Shown here: positions 9,641 through 19,400 of the stretch, piece by piece
How the letters are laid out: each line of letters opens with the position of its first letter
Numbering within the stretch: the first letter of the stretch is position 1
Assembly (NCBI GenBank): GCA_934467415.1
Contig: CAKSLQ010000003.1
Location: forward strand, 77,957-141,956
DNA length: 64,000 bases
Direction: 5' to 3'
Origin: an uncultured Eubacteriales bacterium
GTDB lineage: Bacteria > Bacillota > Clostridia > Oscillospirales > CAG-272
Notes under the pieces: model-generated
Told to the model about the DNA's origin: nothing
The model's database searches: none
Seen by the model: the letters and a program-made list of their open reading frames with translations, nothing else
Made by a program: the position numbers and the translations under genes

Positions 9641-9730
9641 CCATATTGGAGTTGTTTTTCGCGGATTCTGCATCCGCCTGCGCCGGTCAAGGCGGCGGGG
9701 GTAGGCGATGTTTGCGCAAAAGGAAACAAA

Positions 9731-9778
9731 GCCTTCCCCAGTGGGGGAAGGTGTCGGCGGAGCCGACGGATGAGGTGT
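9731..9778 (-). repeat. solo HP-I arm (3'-arm type)
   Basis: GCCTTCCCC-AGTG-GGGGAAGG-T-GTCGGC-GGA-GCCGAC-GGATGAGGTGT. Nearly identical to the arm at 28513-28560. Confidence 0.8.
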
Positions 9779-9843
9779 TTCTCCTGCGCCGGGCAGACGG
9801 CGGGGTGGGGATTTTTTGCGGAAAGAAACGGGGACGCACATTT

Positions 9844-9985
9844 CCGGTAGGGGTCGGCGCCCTCGACGACCCGCGCTCACCTTAGTGCAGGCGGGTGATT
9901 CGTGAATCGCCCCTACGGGATTGCAAAGGTTTTCGCGCACCGCACACCATTTTCACCGTAGGGCGGGGGCTTGCTCCCGCCGCAA
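9844..9985. repeat. mosaic of shared intergenic modules
   Basis: CCGGTAGGGGTCGGCGCCCTCGACGACCCGC (9844-9874) is the reverse complement of pieces at 55485-55499, 55587-55598 and 61565-61582. GTAGGGCGGGGGCTTGCTCCCGCCGCA (9958-9985) recurs at 55622-55648. Confidence 0.75.
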
Positions 9986-10007
9986 ATGTACGCGGACAAC
10001 TCTTTTT

Positions 10008-10118
10008 ACCTCCCTCGGTGAGGGAGGTGGCACGGCAACGCCGTGACGGAAGGAGTCTTGCTCTCTGCAAAACTCCCCCAGTCACCTATCGGTGACAGCC
10101 CCCTCAGCGAGGGGGCTG
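10008..10118 (-). repeat. HP-II five-hairpin element, copy 1 (inverted relative to the other two)
   Basis: Reverse complement aligns end to end with 50671-50778 and 61613-61718. Five consecutive stem-loops. Confidence 0.85.
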
Positions 10119-10156
10119 AAAATATAACAACCATAGAGCGCCGTCTGCGCCCCTCC

Positions 10157-10185
10157 TTGACAACGGCATACGGATGCGGTACAAT
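10157..10185 (+). promoter_or_regulatory. sigma-A type promoter
   Basis: TTGACA, 17-nt spacer, TACAAT. Lies about 30 nt upstream of the ATG at 10216. Confidence 0.55.
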
Positions 10186-10215
10186 AGGGACATCAACAAA
10201 AAGAGAGGTGCGCGT

Positions 10216-10962
10216 ATGCAGGGGCAGGACAACGACAAGCTGACGCCGACGGCCGAGCCGGGCGGGAAATTCTTTCGCCGGCTCGACAACTTCTGGTATC
10301 ACAACAAGTGGAAGACCATCATCGTGAGCTTTCTGCTTCTGACGCTCATCGTCTGCGCCGTGCAGTTTGCGGGGCGCGAGGACGCGGACATCTACATCCT
10401 CTATGCCGGGCCGTACAAGTTCGGGCAGACCGACACGCAGAGCCTTGAGAGCGCGTTTTCCGCCGTGGCGGGCGACCGCGACGGCAACGGAAAGGTGCGC
10501 GTGGAGCTGATCGACCTCTATCTGATGTCGGACGAGCAGATTGAGGGCGCGGTCTCGTCCGCGCAGGTCGGCGGAGAGGGCGCGGTGGTCGTCAACTACG
10601 AGATGTTCAGGAGCAACCGCACCGCGTTTGACCAGCAGATTCTCGCGGGCGACGTGGTGATCTGCCTGCTCGACCCGTGGCTGTATGCCGATGTGCGGGC
10701 GGCGGACGGCTTTCTGCCGCTGGCCGACGCGCTGGGCTACACGCCGGAGAACGCCGTGGACGAATACGCCGTCCGCATCGGCGACACGCCGCTCGGCAGC
10801 TATTTTTCGGTGCTGCGCGGGCTGGATCGCGACACGCTGCTCTGCGTGCGCCGCATGAGCAGCTTCTCCTTCCTCAAGGGGCAGACCCGCACCGAGAAAT
10901 ATTACAGCTACTGCCTCGACACCTTTAAGAAGATTTTTACCTTCGAAGCGCCGACGGAATAA
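10216..10962 (+). CDS. hypothetical membrane-anchored protein
   Basis: ATG 10216 (MQGQDNDK..). Single TM (TIIVSFLLLTLIVCAVQF) followed by an extracytoplasmic domain. No family recognised. Confidence 0.6.
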   Translation: MQGQDNDKLTPTAEPGGKFFRRLDNFWYHNKWKTIIVSFLLLTLIVCAVQFAGREDADIYILYAGPYKFGQTDTQSLESAFSAVAGDRDGNGKVRVELIDLYLMSDEQIEGAVSSAQVGGEGAVVVNYEMFRSNRTAFDQQILAGDVVICLLDPWLYADVRAADGFLPLADALGYTPENAVDEYAVRIGDTPLGSYFSVLRGLDRDTLLCVRRMSSFSFLKGQTRTEKYYSYCLDTFKKIFTFEAPTE

Positions 10963-11068
10963 GCCTCCCTTGTGTAAAGGGAGTGTGTCCCGAAACGCAA
11001 GCGTTCCTAATGAGTTTCCCTTGCGGGAAACATCATCGCCGACGGAGGGATTGTTTTGTATGGAACAA

Positions 11069-11116
11069 CCCCTCAGTCACCTGACGGTGACAGCTCCCCT
11101 TGCACAGGGGAGCCTG
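11069..11116 (-). repeat. half HP-II element (hairpins 1-2 plus CTGAGGGG)
   Basis: CCCCTCAG-TCACC-TGAC-GGTGA-CAGCTCCCC-TTGCAC-AGGGGAGC. Reverse complement matches the left half of HP-II and the GGCTCCCCTGTGCAAGGGG module. Confidence 0.7.
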
Positions 11117-11142
11117 CATAGCAGGTTTACTCAAAGCCCCCG

Positions 11143-11172
11143 TTTTCGGGGGCTTTTCTCTTGCAAGGCGGG
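11143..11172 (+). terminator. rho-independent terminator
   Basis: AAAGCCCCC / GGGGGCTTT 9-bp stem with a 6-nt loop and a T-rich tail. Confidence 0.7.
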
Positions 11173-11189
11173 GCGAAACGTGTTATACT
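11161..11189 (+). promoter_or_regulatory. sigma-A type promoter
   Basis: TTGCAA, 17-nt spacer, TATACT. Upstream of the ABC exporter pair. Confidence 0.5.
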
Positions 11190-11222
11190 ATTGAAGTTAA
11201 ATTCATCAAACGGAGATTTCGG

Positions 11223-12944
11223 ATGAAACGGGTTTTCGGCTACCTTGCCAAATTCAAAAAAGAAGCGATTCCGGCGCCGCTCTTCAAAATGCTGGAGGCG
11301 ACCTTTGAGCTGCTTGTGCCGCTCGTCGTCAAGAGCCTGGTCGATGTCGGCATCAGAAATGCGGATAAGCCGTACATCTTTGGGATGTGTGGGCTCCTCG
11401 TGCTGTTTTGCATCATCGGCTTTGTCAGCGCGGCGACGGCGCAGTATTTCTCGGCCAAGGCGGCGGTCGGCGTCACCACGGAGCTGCGGCACGACATGTT
11501 CGAAAAGGTGCAGCGCTTCTGCCATGCGGAGCTGGATACCGTGGGCATCTCCAATACGCTCACCCGCATGACGAGCGACCTTTCTCAGGTGCAGACCGGC
11601 ATCAACATGACGCTCCGTCTGCTCCTGCGCTCGCCGTTCATCGTCTTCGGCGCGATGATCCTCGCGTTCACGATCGACGTGCGCTGCGCGCTCATCTTCG
11701 CCGTGGGCATTCCGCTGCTGCTGGCGGTGGTATTTGCGGTCACGCTCGTCACCGTCCCGATGTTCCGCCGCGTGCAGAGCAAGCTCGGCGACGTACTCAA
11801 GTCCACGCGCGGCAGCCTCGTCGGCGCGCGCGTGATCCGCGCCTTCTGCGCAGAGGACCTCATGACGCGCGAGTTTGACGATGAGAACGACCTGCTCACG
11901 TCCATGCAGAAGAAGGCGGCACGCATCTCGGTGCTCTTAAATCCGCTGACCTACCTCATCATCAACGCGGCGGTCATCGTGCTGATCTGGACGGGCGCCG
12001 TCCGCATGGAGGCGGGGCTGCTCACGCAGGGCGCGCTGCTCGCGCTCTACGACTATATGTCGCAGATCCTGATAGAGCTGATCAAATTTGCCAACTTCAT
12101 CGTCACGGTCACAAAGTCGGTGGCCTCCGCTGAGCGCATCGACGAGTTCATGGCGTCGGGCGACCCGCGCACCGTGCCGGATGCGCCGCGCGACGCGGAC
12201 AAGCCGTATATCTCCTTTGACCATGTGTCCTTCCACTATCCGCGCGGCGGCGACGTGCTGCATGACATCAGCTTCACCGCAAACCGCGGCGAGACGGTCG
12301 GCATCATCGGCGGCACGGGCAGCGGCAAGACGACGCTGGTCAATCTGATCCCGCGCTACTATGACGCGACGGGCGGCGAGGTCGCCGTGGACGGCCTGGA
12401 CGTGCGCGCCTATCCGGGCGACGACCTGCAAAGAAAGGTCGGCTATGTTCCGCAGAAGGCCGTGCTGTTCCGCGGCAGCATCCGCGACAATATGCGCTGG
12501 GGCAAGGCCGACGCGACCGACGCAGAGATCGTCGATGCAATCACCCGCGCGCAGGGCGAAGACATTCTGCGCGCCAAGGGGTCGCTGGACGCCGCCGTCG
12601 TCGAGGGCGGCAAGAACTTCTCGGGCGGCCAGCGCCAGCGCCTCACGATTGCGCGCGCGCTCGTGCGCAAGCCGGAGATTCTGATCCTGGATGACAGCGC
12701 GTCCGCGCTGGACTATGCGACCGACGCGCGTCTGCGCGCAACGATCCGTGCCGCCGAGAATCCGCCGACCACCTTTATCGTGTCGCAGCGTGCCGCCTCG
12801 GTGATGCACGCCGACAAGATCATCGTGCTGGACGACGGCGCGGCGGTCGGTATCGGCAGGCACGAAGAGCTGCTCGAGACCTGCCCGGTCTACCGCGAGA
12901 TCTACGATTCCCAGTTCAGGAAAGGAGACGCCGCCGATGACTGA
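11223..12944 (+). CDS. ABC transporter ATP-binding/permease (type I exporter half-transporter, multidrug-type)
   Basis: 6-TM domain followed by an NBD with Walker A GGTGSGKTT, signature FSGGQRQR and Walker B ILILDD. Confidence 0.9.
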   Translation: MKRVFGYLAKFKKEAIPAPLFKMLEATFELLVPLVVKSLVDVGIRNADKPYIFGMCGLLVLFCIIGFVSAATAQYFSAKAAVGVTTELRHDMFEKVQRFCHAELDTVGISNTLTRMTSDLSQVQTGINMTLRLLLRSPFIVFGAMILAFTIDVRCALIFAVGIPLLLAVVFAVTLVTVPMFRRVQSKLGDVLKSTRGSLVGARVIRAFCAEDLMTREFDDENDLLTSMQKKAARISVLLNPLTYLIINAAVIVLIWTGAVRMEAGLLTQGALLALYDYMSQILIELIKFANFIVTVTKSVASAERIDEFMASGDPRTVPDAPRDADKPYISFDHVSFHYPRGGDVLHDISFTANRGETVGIIGGTGSGKTTLVNLIPRYYDATGGEVAVDGLDVRAYPGDDLQRKVGYVPQKAVLFRGSIRDNMRWGKADATDAEIVDAITRAQGEDILRAKGSLDAAVVEGGKNFSGGQRQRLTIARALVRKPEILILDDSASALDYATDARLRATIRAAENPPTTFIVSQRAASVMHADKIIVLDDGAAVGIGRHEELLETCPVYREIYDSQFRKGDAADD

Positions 12945-14676
12945 CAAGAAGACGCTCCGCCGTGTGCTTGCGTATATCCGCGGCAGTCTCGGCAAGATCA
13001 TTCTGACCCTGATCCTCGCGCTCGCCATCGTCGGCATGACGCTCTATGTGCCGATCCTCATCGGCGACGCGATCGACCTCTGCGTGGAGGGCGGCGGCAT
13101 CGACTTTGCCGCGATCCTTGCGCTGCTTGCGCGCGCGGGCGCGCTGATTGCGCTCACGGCATTGCTCCAGTGGGTGATGAGCGTGCTGAACTCCAACATC
13201 ACCTACAACGTCGTGCATGACATCCGGCGCGACGCCATCCGCAAGATCCAGGCACTTCCGCTCTCGTATATCGACGCGCATCCCGCGGGCGAGACGGTCA
13301 ACCGCGTGATTTCGGACGTGGACACCTTCTCGGACGGCCTCCTCATGGGCTTCACGCAGTTTTTCACCGGCGTCATCACGATCCTCGGCACGCTCGCGTT
13401 CATGATTGTGCTCGACTGGCGCATCGCGCTGCTCGTCGTGGTGCTCACGCCGCTGTCGCTCTTTGTGGCGAAGTTCATCGCCGAGCATACGCACGCGATG
13501 TTCCTGGAGCAGAGCAGAACCAAGGCGGAGCAGTCGGCGCTGATCGACGAGATTGTCACCAATCAGAAGATTTCCATCGCCTTTTCGCACGGCGACGCAA
13601 ACCTGGAGAAGTTTGACGAGGTGAACGACCGCCTCGCCAAATGCTCGGTGCGCGCGCTGTTCTATTCCGCACTGGTCAACCCGTCCACGCGCGTCGTCAC
13701 CAACCTGGTCTACGGCGGCACGGCGCTGCTCGGCGGCCTGTTCTGCATCGGCGCGGGCGCGACCATGACGGTCGGCAGCCTCGCGGTGTTCCTGCGCTAC
13801 GCCAACCAGTATACCAAGCCGTTCAACGAGATCTCCGGCGTCATCACCGAGCTGCAAAACGCCTTCGCCTGCGCGTCGCGCGTGTTTGAGCTGCTCGACG
13901 CCGAGGAGATGCCGCCCGAGACGGGCGCCGTCGATATGGGGACGGCGGAGGGCCGCATCGACTTCGAGGACGTTTCGTTCTCCTATGTACCCGAGCGGAA
14001 GCTGATCGAACACTTCAACTTCGCGGCGAAGCCGGGGCAGCGTGTGGCCATCGTCGGCCCGACCGGCTGCGGCAAAACGACGCTGATCAACCTCTTGATG
14101 CGCTTCTACGACGTCACGGACGGCAAAATCGCGGTGGACGGCAGGCCGACGGCCGAGATCACCCGCGCCTCGCTGCGCAAAAACTTCGGCATGGTGCTCC
14201 AGGAGACCTGGCTTCGTGAGGGGACGATCCGCGACAACATCGTGATGGGAAAGCCGGACGCGACCGACGAGGAGGTTGTCGCCGCCGCCGGGGCATCCCA
14301 TGCGCACAGCTTCATTTCCGCCCTGCCGCAGGGCTATGACACCTACATCGGCGAGGACGGCGGCGCGCTCAGCGCCGGGCAGAAGCAGCTGCTCTGCATC
14401 ACGCGCATCATGCTCTGCCTGCCGCCGATGCTGATCCTCGACGAGGCGACCTCGTCCATCGACACCCGCACCGAGATGAAGATTCAGCACGCGTTTGCCA
14501 CGCTGATGCGCGGCCGCACCAGCTTCATCGTGGCGCACCGCCTGTCCACCATCCGCGAGGCGGACGTCATCCTCGTCATGCGGGACGGCAACATCGTGGA
14601 GCAGGGCACGCATGACGAACTGCTGGCCGAAAACGGCTTCTACGCGACGCTCTGGAATGCTCAGTTTGCAAATTAA
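12937..14676 (+). CDS. ABC transporter ATP-binding/permease (partner half-transporter)
   Basis: 8-nt overlap with the upstream gene. Walker A GPTGCGKTT, signature LSAGQKQL, Walker B MLILDEATS. Confidence 0.9.
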   Translation: MTDKKTLRRVLAYIRGSLGKIILTLILALAIVGMTLYVPILIGDAIDLCVEGGGIDFAAILALLARAGALIALTALLQWVMSVLNSNITYNVVHDIRRDAIRKIQALPLSYIDAHPAGETVNRVISDVDTFSDGLLMGFTQFFTGVITILGTLAFMIVLDWRIALLVVVLTPLSLFVAKFIAEHTHAMFLEQSRTKAEQSALIDEIVTNQKISIAFSHGDANLEKFDEVNDRLAKCSVRALFYSALVNPSTRVVTNLVYGGTALLGGLFCIGAGATMTVGSLAVFLRYANQYTKPFNEISGVITELQNAFACASRVFELLDAEEMPPETGAVDMGTAEGRIDFEDVSFSYVPERKLIEHFNFAAKPGQRVAIVGPTGCGKTTLINLLMRFYDVTDGKIAVDGRPTAEITRASLRKNFGMVLQETWLREGTIRDNIVMGKPDATDEEVVAAAGASHAHSFISALPQGYDTYIGEDGGALSAGQKQLLCITRIMLCLPPMLILDEATSSIDTRTEMKIQHAFATLMRGRTSFIVAHRLSTIREADVILVMRDGNIVEQGTHDELLAENGFYATLWNAQFAN

Positions 14677-14688
14677 CGGAGGAAAAAT

Positions 14689-15372
14689 ATGATCGGCATT
14701 ATCTGCGCCATGAAAATCGAGGCGGACGCGATCCGCGAGACGCTGACCTCACCTGTCTGCGAGACGGTGAGCGGCATTGAATTTACCCGCGGCAGCCTCC
14801 ACGGCAAGGAGGTTGTGATGGCGGTCTGCGGCATCGGCAAGGTCTTTGCCGCCATCTGCACCGAGGCGATGATTCTGCGCTATGCCCCGTCGCTCGTGCT
14901 CAACAGCGGCGTCGGCGGCACGCTCACGCCCGCGCTGTCCATCGGCGACATCGCGGTGGCGACCTCGCTCGTGCAGCACGATATGGACACCAGCGCCCTC
15001 GGCGACCCCGTGGGGTTGATCTCCGGCATCAACAAGATCTATTTTGAGGCGGACAAGGACGCGGTCGCGCGCCTCTGCGCCGCCGCCGACAAGGTCGGCG
15101 CAAGGACGCTCTGCGGCACCATCGCCTCGGGCGACCGGTTCCTCGCCGACGCGGCGCACAAGCGTTTTGTCGCCGACACCTTCGGGGCGGTCGCCTGCGA
15201 GATGGAGGGCGCCGCCGTGGCGCAGGTCGCCTACGTCAATCACACGCCCTTTGCCGTGATGCGCGCCATTTCGGACAGCGCCTCCGGCGACGCGACGATG
15301 GAGTATCCGAAGTTCCTCGCGATGGCGGCGGCAAGGTCGCACGCCATTCTCGATGCGTTTCTCAAGGACTGA
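14689..15372 (+). CDS. mtnN: 5'-methylthioadenosine/S-adenosylhomocysteine nucleosidase
   Basis: MIGIICAMKIEA.., GIGKV, and a CEMEGAAVAQV motif typical of Pfs/MtnN. Confidence 0.85.
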   Translation: MIGIICAMKIEADAIRETLTSPVCETVSGIEFTRGSLHGKEVVMAVCGIGKVFAAICTEAMILRYAPSLVLNSGVGGTLTPALSIGDIAVATSLVQHDMDTSALGDPVGLISGINKIYFEADKDAVARLCAAADKVGARTLCGTIASGDRFLADAAHKRFVADTFGAVACEMEGAAVAQVAYVNHTPFAVMRAISDSASGDATMEYPKFLAMAAARSHAILDAFLKD

Positions 15373-15379
15373 ACCGAAA

Positions 15380-15417
15380 GAAAAAAACACGGACGGCTTG
15401 CCGTCCGTGTTTTTTTG
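15380..15417. terminator. bidirectional rho-independent terminator
   Basis: A-run, ACACGGACGG-CTTG-CCGTCCGTGT, T-run, between convergent genes. Confidence 0.9.
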
Positions 15418-16452
15418 TCAGAATAGCGTGATCGTCTCGGCGGTGACGGTGTAGTCAGCGGGCTTGCCGCTGCCGTCTCCGATGATGATCCTGCCGTCCT
15501 CGATGCGGTAGCGCTCGAGGAAGACGTGGCGCTTGGCGCCCTTTTCGCGCGAGAGGTAGGCGTGGTAGCAGATGAAGCGGTCGCCCGCCGCGTCCTTGAA
15601 GAAGGAGGCGTGGCCGCAGCCGAACACCTTGTCCGACATCGAGAAGATGGGCTCCTTTTCCTTCTTCCAGTCCTCGATCTTTTCGGGATCGCCATGAAGC
15701 GTCAGCTGCCCGAGCGCGTAGTAGGGCGTCCAGTAGCCGCTGCCCGAATAGGTGAGGTAGACCTCGCCGTTGTCGCCGTAAATCGCCGTGCCGCCCTCGA
15801 CCACGCGCGGGCGGATCTTGCCGTCCTTGCCCATGCCGAAGCCGTGCATCTCCCAGTCCTCGGTGGGGCGGATGATGACGCGCGCCGTCCCGGCGGTGTA
15901 GGGGTTTGTGAGCTTTGCAAGGCGGACGCGCTGGTGGAAGTCCTCGGTCTGCCTGCCCACCTCGTCCACCCACATGGCGTAGACATTGCCGCAGGCGCGC
16001 AGAATCGTCTGCCCGCAGCACCATGCGGTGTTAAAATCGGGGTCAACGGGCGATGCAAATTTTTCGGGGACGTTCCGCGCGCCGGTGACGGGGTTGCCGT
16101 AGTGGGCGAACGGGGAATGCGGGTCCTCGCTTTTCAGCACATACATGCGGTGGTTGACGTTCTGCCCGTCGTCGCAGGCGATGAAGAGATACCAGCCCGC
16201 GTGCGCTTCGCCGAAGTCCTCGGGCGCGAAATAGTGAATTTCGGGCGACCAGAGGTCAAGCGACCATTCGTGCCCCGCCTCGGGTTCAAAGGCGACGATG
16301 CTTTCCTCGCTCTGAATCTTCGTCGGGTCGGCGGCGCGCCACAGCGTGATGCGGTGCCCCGCCGTGCAGCAGAGATAGAACTTCCCCTCAAACGGGAACA
16401 TCCACGGGTCTGCGCCGCGGCAGATCGGGTTGTGAAAGGATATGGTTTTCAT
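15418..16452 (-). CDS. glycoside hydrolase family 43-like protein (cytoplasmic, no signal peptide)
   Basis: NPICRGADPWMFPFEGKFYL.., WSPEIHYF, EGGTAIYG: five-bladed-propeller GH43-type motifs. Confidence 0.75.
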   Translation of the reverse strand: MKTISFHNPICRGADPWMFPFEGKFYLCCTAGHRITLWRAADPTKIQSEESIVAFEPEAGHEWSLDLWSPEIHYFAPEDFGEAHAGWYLFIACDDGQNVNHRMYVLKSEDPHSPFAHYGNPVTGARNVPEKFASPVDPDFNTAWCCGQTILRACGNVYAMWVDEVGRQTEDFHQRVRLAKLTNPYTAGTARVIIRPTEDWEMHGFGMGKDGKIRPRVVEGGTAIYGDNGEVYLTYSGSGYWTPYYALGQLTLHGDPEKIEDWKKEKEPIFSMSDKVFGCGHASFFKDAAGDRFICYHAYLSREKGAKRHVFLERYRIEDGRIIIGDGSGKPADYTVTAETITLF

Positions 16453-16476
16453 GTCGGTCTCCTGATGGAAGAATCG

Positions 16477-19400
16477 TCAGTCGGCGAGGAAGCGCAGCAG
16501 GTTCAGTATATCGGCAAGTGTGCCGCCCTTACCGTTCAGCACGTTTTGCAGGGAAAGGAGGGCATCCCGGATATCGCAGACGCCGTCGCCGTTGGTGTCG
16601 TAAGCCTTGTCATAATGCGCGCCGATGCGCAGGGTCTGCGTCACGCTGTCAAAGACGCGGCCGTCCTCGTCGAGAACATCCAGGCGGAAGACATATTTGC
16701 CGTCTCCCCACGGATTTGCAAACTGTGACGTGCCGACGAGATTGCCGGAAAGGTAGGGGGAACCGTCCCGATAGAGCTTGTAGGAAGCCGCACCCGAGAC
16801 CTCCGAAATGGTCAGTGTGATCGTACCGTTTTTCTCCGAGATGCGCAGGGACGCCTTCGGTTCTGCGGCTGTGCAGAAGGCGGAAATCCGATAGACGGAT
16901 TCTCCGTTTTCATAGGCGGTAATGAGATAATTATAATGTGTTCCCGGCACGACATCGGTGTCGAGGCAGGTTTTGTCCGTTGTGTTTGCCAGCACCTTGC
17001 CGTCATCATAGCGCTTGAACTCGTAAGAGTCGGCACTTCCGCTGTCGGTGATCGTCAGCAGGATGCCGCCGCCGACCGCGGTCTTGGCGGTTGCCGTCAT
17101 GCGCGGAATCGGCACATAAAGGCGCCGCTCCGCGCTCGGCGCACTTTCAAAGCCGTCTTTGACAGCGGTCGCCGAATAGACATAGGTGTGTTCAAGCTCG
17201 ATCTCGGTGTCAACCCACGAGGTGCGGTTTGCCTTGATCTCGGCAAGCAGCGTCTTTGTCGCCGCACCCTCCGCAGCATCGTATTTGTAGATACGATAGA
17301 GGGAAAAGCTCGTTGTGTCGGGGTGCGACAGAAGCAGAATCGCCACTTTTGAATCAGTGGTAATATCGACTTCCAGCGTCGGCGGCTCCAGCCGGACTTC
17401 TGCGGTCGCCTCGTCGGACGGCGCGCCGTAGTAGCGCGTGCCGCCGTGTTCCATGTAGGGAAGCGCGATGTAGGCGTATGCGGTGTTGGCCTCGGTCGCC
17501 GTGTCGGTATACGCTCGGTCGCCGCCGGTCAGATCCGTGAGCTTGACGAACGCGCCGCCGTCAACCTTGCGGCGGATCTCGCAGCCCTCGATCCCGTCCG
17601 CCTTGTAGGAGGCGCGCAGCAGGACACCGCCGTCGACCGGCTCGGCCGAGAGGGAGGCTGCGGCGTCGAGCGTGACGGCGGCATCAAAGCTGTCGTCAAA
17701 CAGATCGAGCAGCGAGGACGCGGACAGCCGCGTGGTGAAGCTGACTTTCATCGAGGTATTGGCGGGCTTTTTGCCGTTTGCAAAGGTCAGCACGCCGTAG
17801 TTTGCACCGTTGAACTTGGTGTAGTCGATGGAGCAGGGCTCGATGTAGGCATTGCGGGCGGACGCCTTGTTTGAGCCGTTCGCATCGGACGGGTAGGCAT
17901 GATAGACGGCGTAGAGCTTGTCCTCCGCGTCGCGCACGAAGAAGGCGTGTCCCGCGCCCTGCATCATGACGCCGGAATAGTGGTTTCCGTTTTTGTCATT
18001 GGCGCCGAAGACCGGGTTGTCGGTGTATTTGACCCAAGAGGAAGCGGATTGCGGGTCGCCGCCGTTCCAGGTGATCTGCCCGAGGCCGTAGTTCGTCCAG
18101 TAGCCGCTGCCGCAGTAGATGACGTAGACCTGTCCGTCCTTGCCGTAGAGCGCGGTCGCGCCCTCGACGACGGCGGGATAGTATTTGCCCTGCCAGTAGC
18201 CCGCGTCGATCTTTTCCCAGTACTGTGAGGGGTAGAGGATCGCCGTCGGCTCGCTTGCGAGCTGCCACGGGGACTTCAGTCTGGCGATCATGATCTTCTG
18301 GCGGAATGCGGCCGTGCCGCGGTTCTCCTCGGCGACCCACATCGCATAGATGCCCTTGTAGGCGCCGCTTTCAATGCGGAGAATGCTCATGCCGCAGGCC
18401 CACTCGGTGATGATGCTGCCGCTTCTGTCGAGGATGGGCTGCGACTTGTAGGTCGTGCCGTCCGTCGGATGACGGTACGGGCCTTCCGGCGTCTCGCCGT
18501 ACTTCGATTTCAGCGCGACCATGCGGATGTTGGAGGAGTCGTCCCCCTTCTTGCGCAGAGCAAGGAACATATACCAACCGGCATAGTCCGCGCCGAAGTC
18601 GTCTGCATCAAAATAATGAAGCTCGGGCGACCAGGTGCCGCTCAGCTCCGTGTAGCCGAAGGTGTCCGTCGCCGTCGCGTCCTGCGCGCCGCGGTAGACG
18701 AGGTTCTGCGAGAGCGTCAGCGAGCCGAGGCCGTCAAGCGACGTGGAGCGAAGCAGCGCGATGTTGGACGAGCCGGTCATGGTGAGGTAATACAGGCCGT
18801 TTGCGTAGAGGAGGCAGGGGTCTGCCACGCCCGTGCGGAGCAGCGTGCCGGAAAGCGTGTCGGTGATGCGGTTCTCGATCACGCCGGTGAGCGACGGAGA
18901 CAGGACGAGGCTCGTCCTGAGGCTGCCGCTGCCCGCGTATCCGTAGATGCCGGTGAGGCCGGAGAAGTCGCCGCCGAGCAGGCGGATCGTGCTCTCGCCG
19001 CGCAGCGTACCGCTGTCGAAGATCGACAGGCGGATCGTGCCGCCGATCCTGCCGCCGTTCACCGTCAGCGTGCTGTCGGCCGTGGATGCGGCCGAGCCGG
19101 ACACCGAGAAGAAGCGGATGTTTGTGATGCTGCCGCCGTTTATCGTGACGTCAAACCGCGAGCCGGGCGCGCTTGCGCCCGCACCGCAGATCTGCAAAAA
19201 TTCGGTGATGCTGCCGCCGTTTATCACGACGCTGCCGCTTTGCAGGACAGAACCCGTACCCGCGTTGCCGCCGCGTATGCGCTGCCAGGTGCCGCCGTCA
19301 ACGGTCAGCCTGCCGCCCGTAAAGGCGGCGGAGGCGGTGTAGCCCGCCATGATGCTGGGGTAATAGTCGCCGGACTTCCCACAGGTGACCGTGTCGTAGA

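Noticed and set aside
9631-10302. Several 60-100-aa ORFs in the 9.5-10.2 kb intergenic region. Similar ones occur at 55585-55855 and 61430-61754.
   Set aside because: They lie entirely within palindromic repeat modules, occur on both strands over the same DNA, lack an SD, and their peptides (..PLGEGG.., ..SPTATAS..) are just translations of hairpins.
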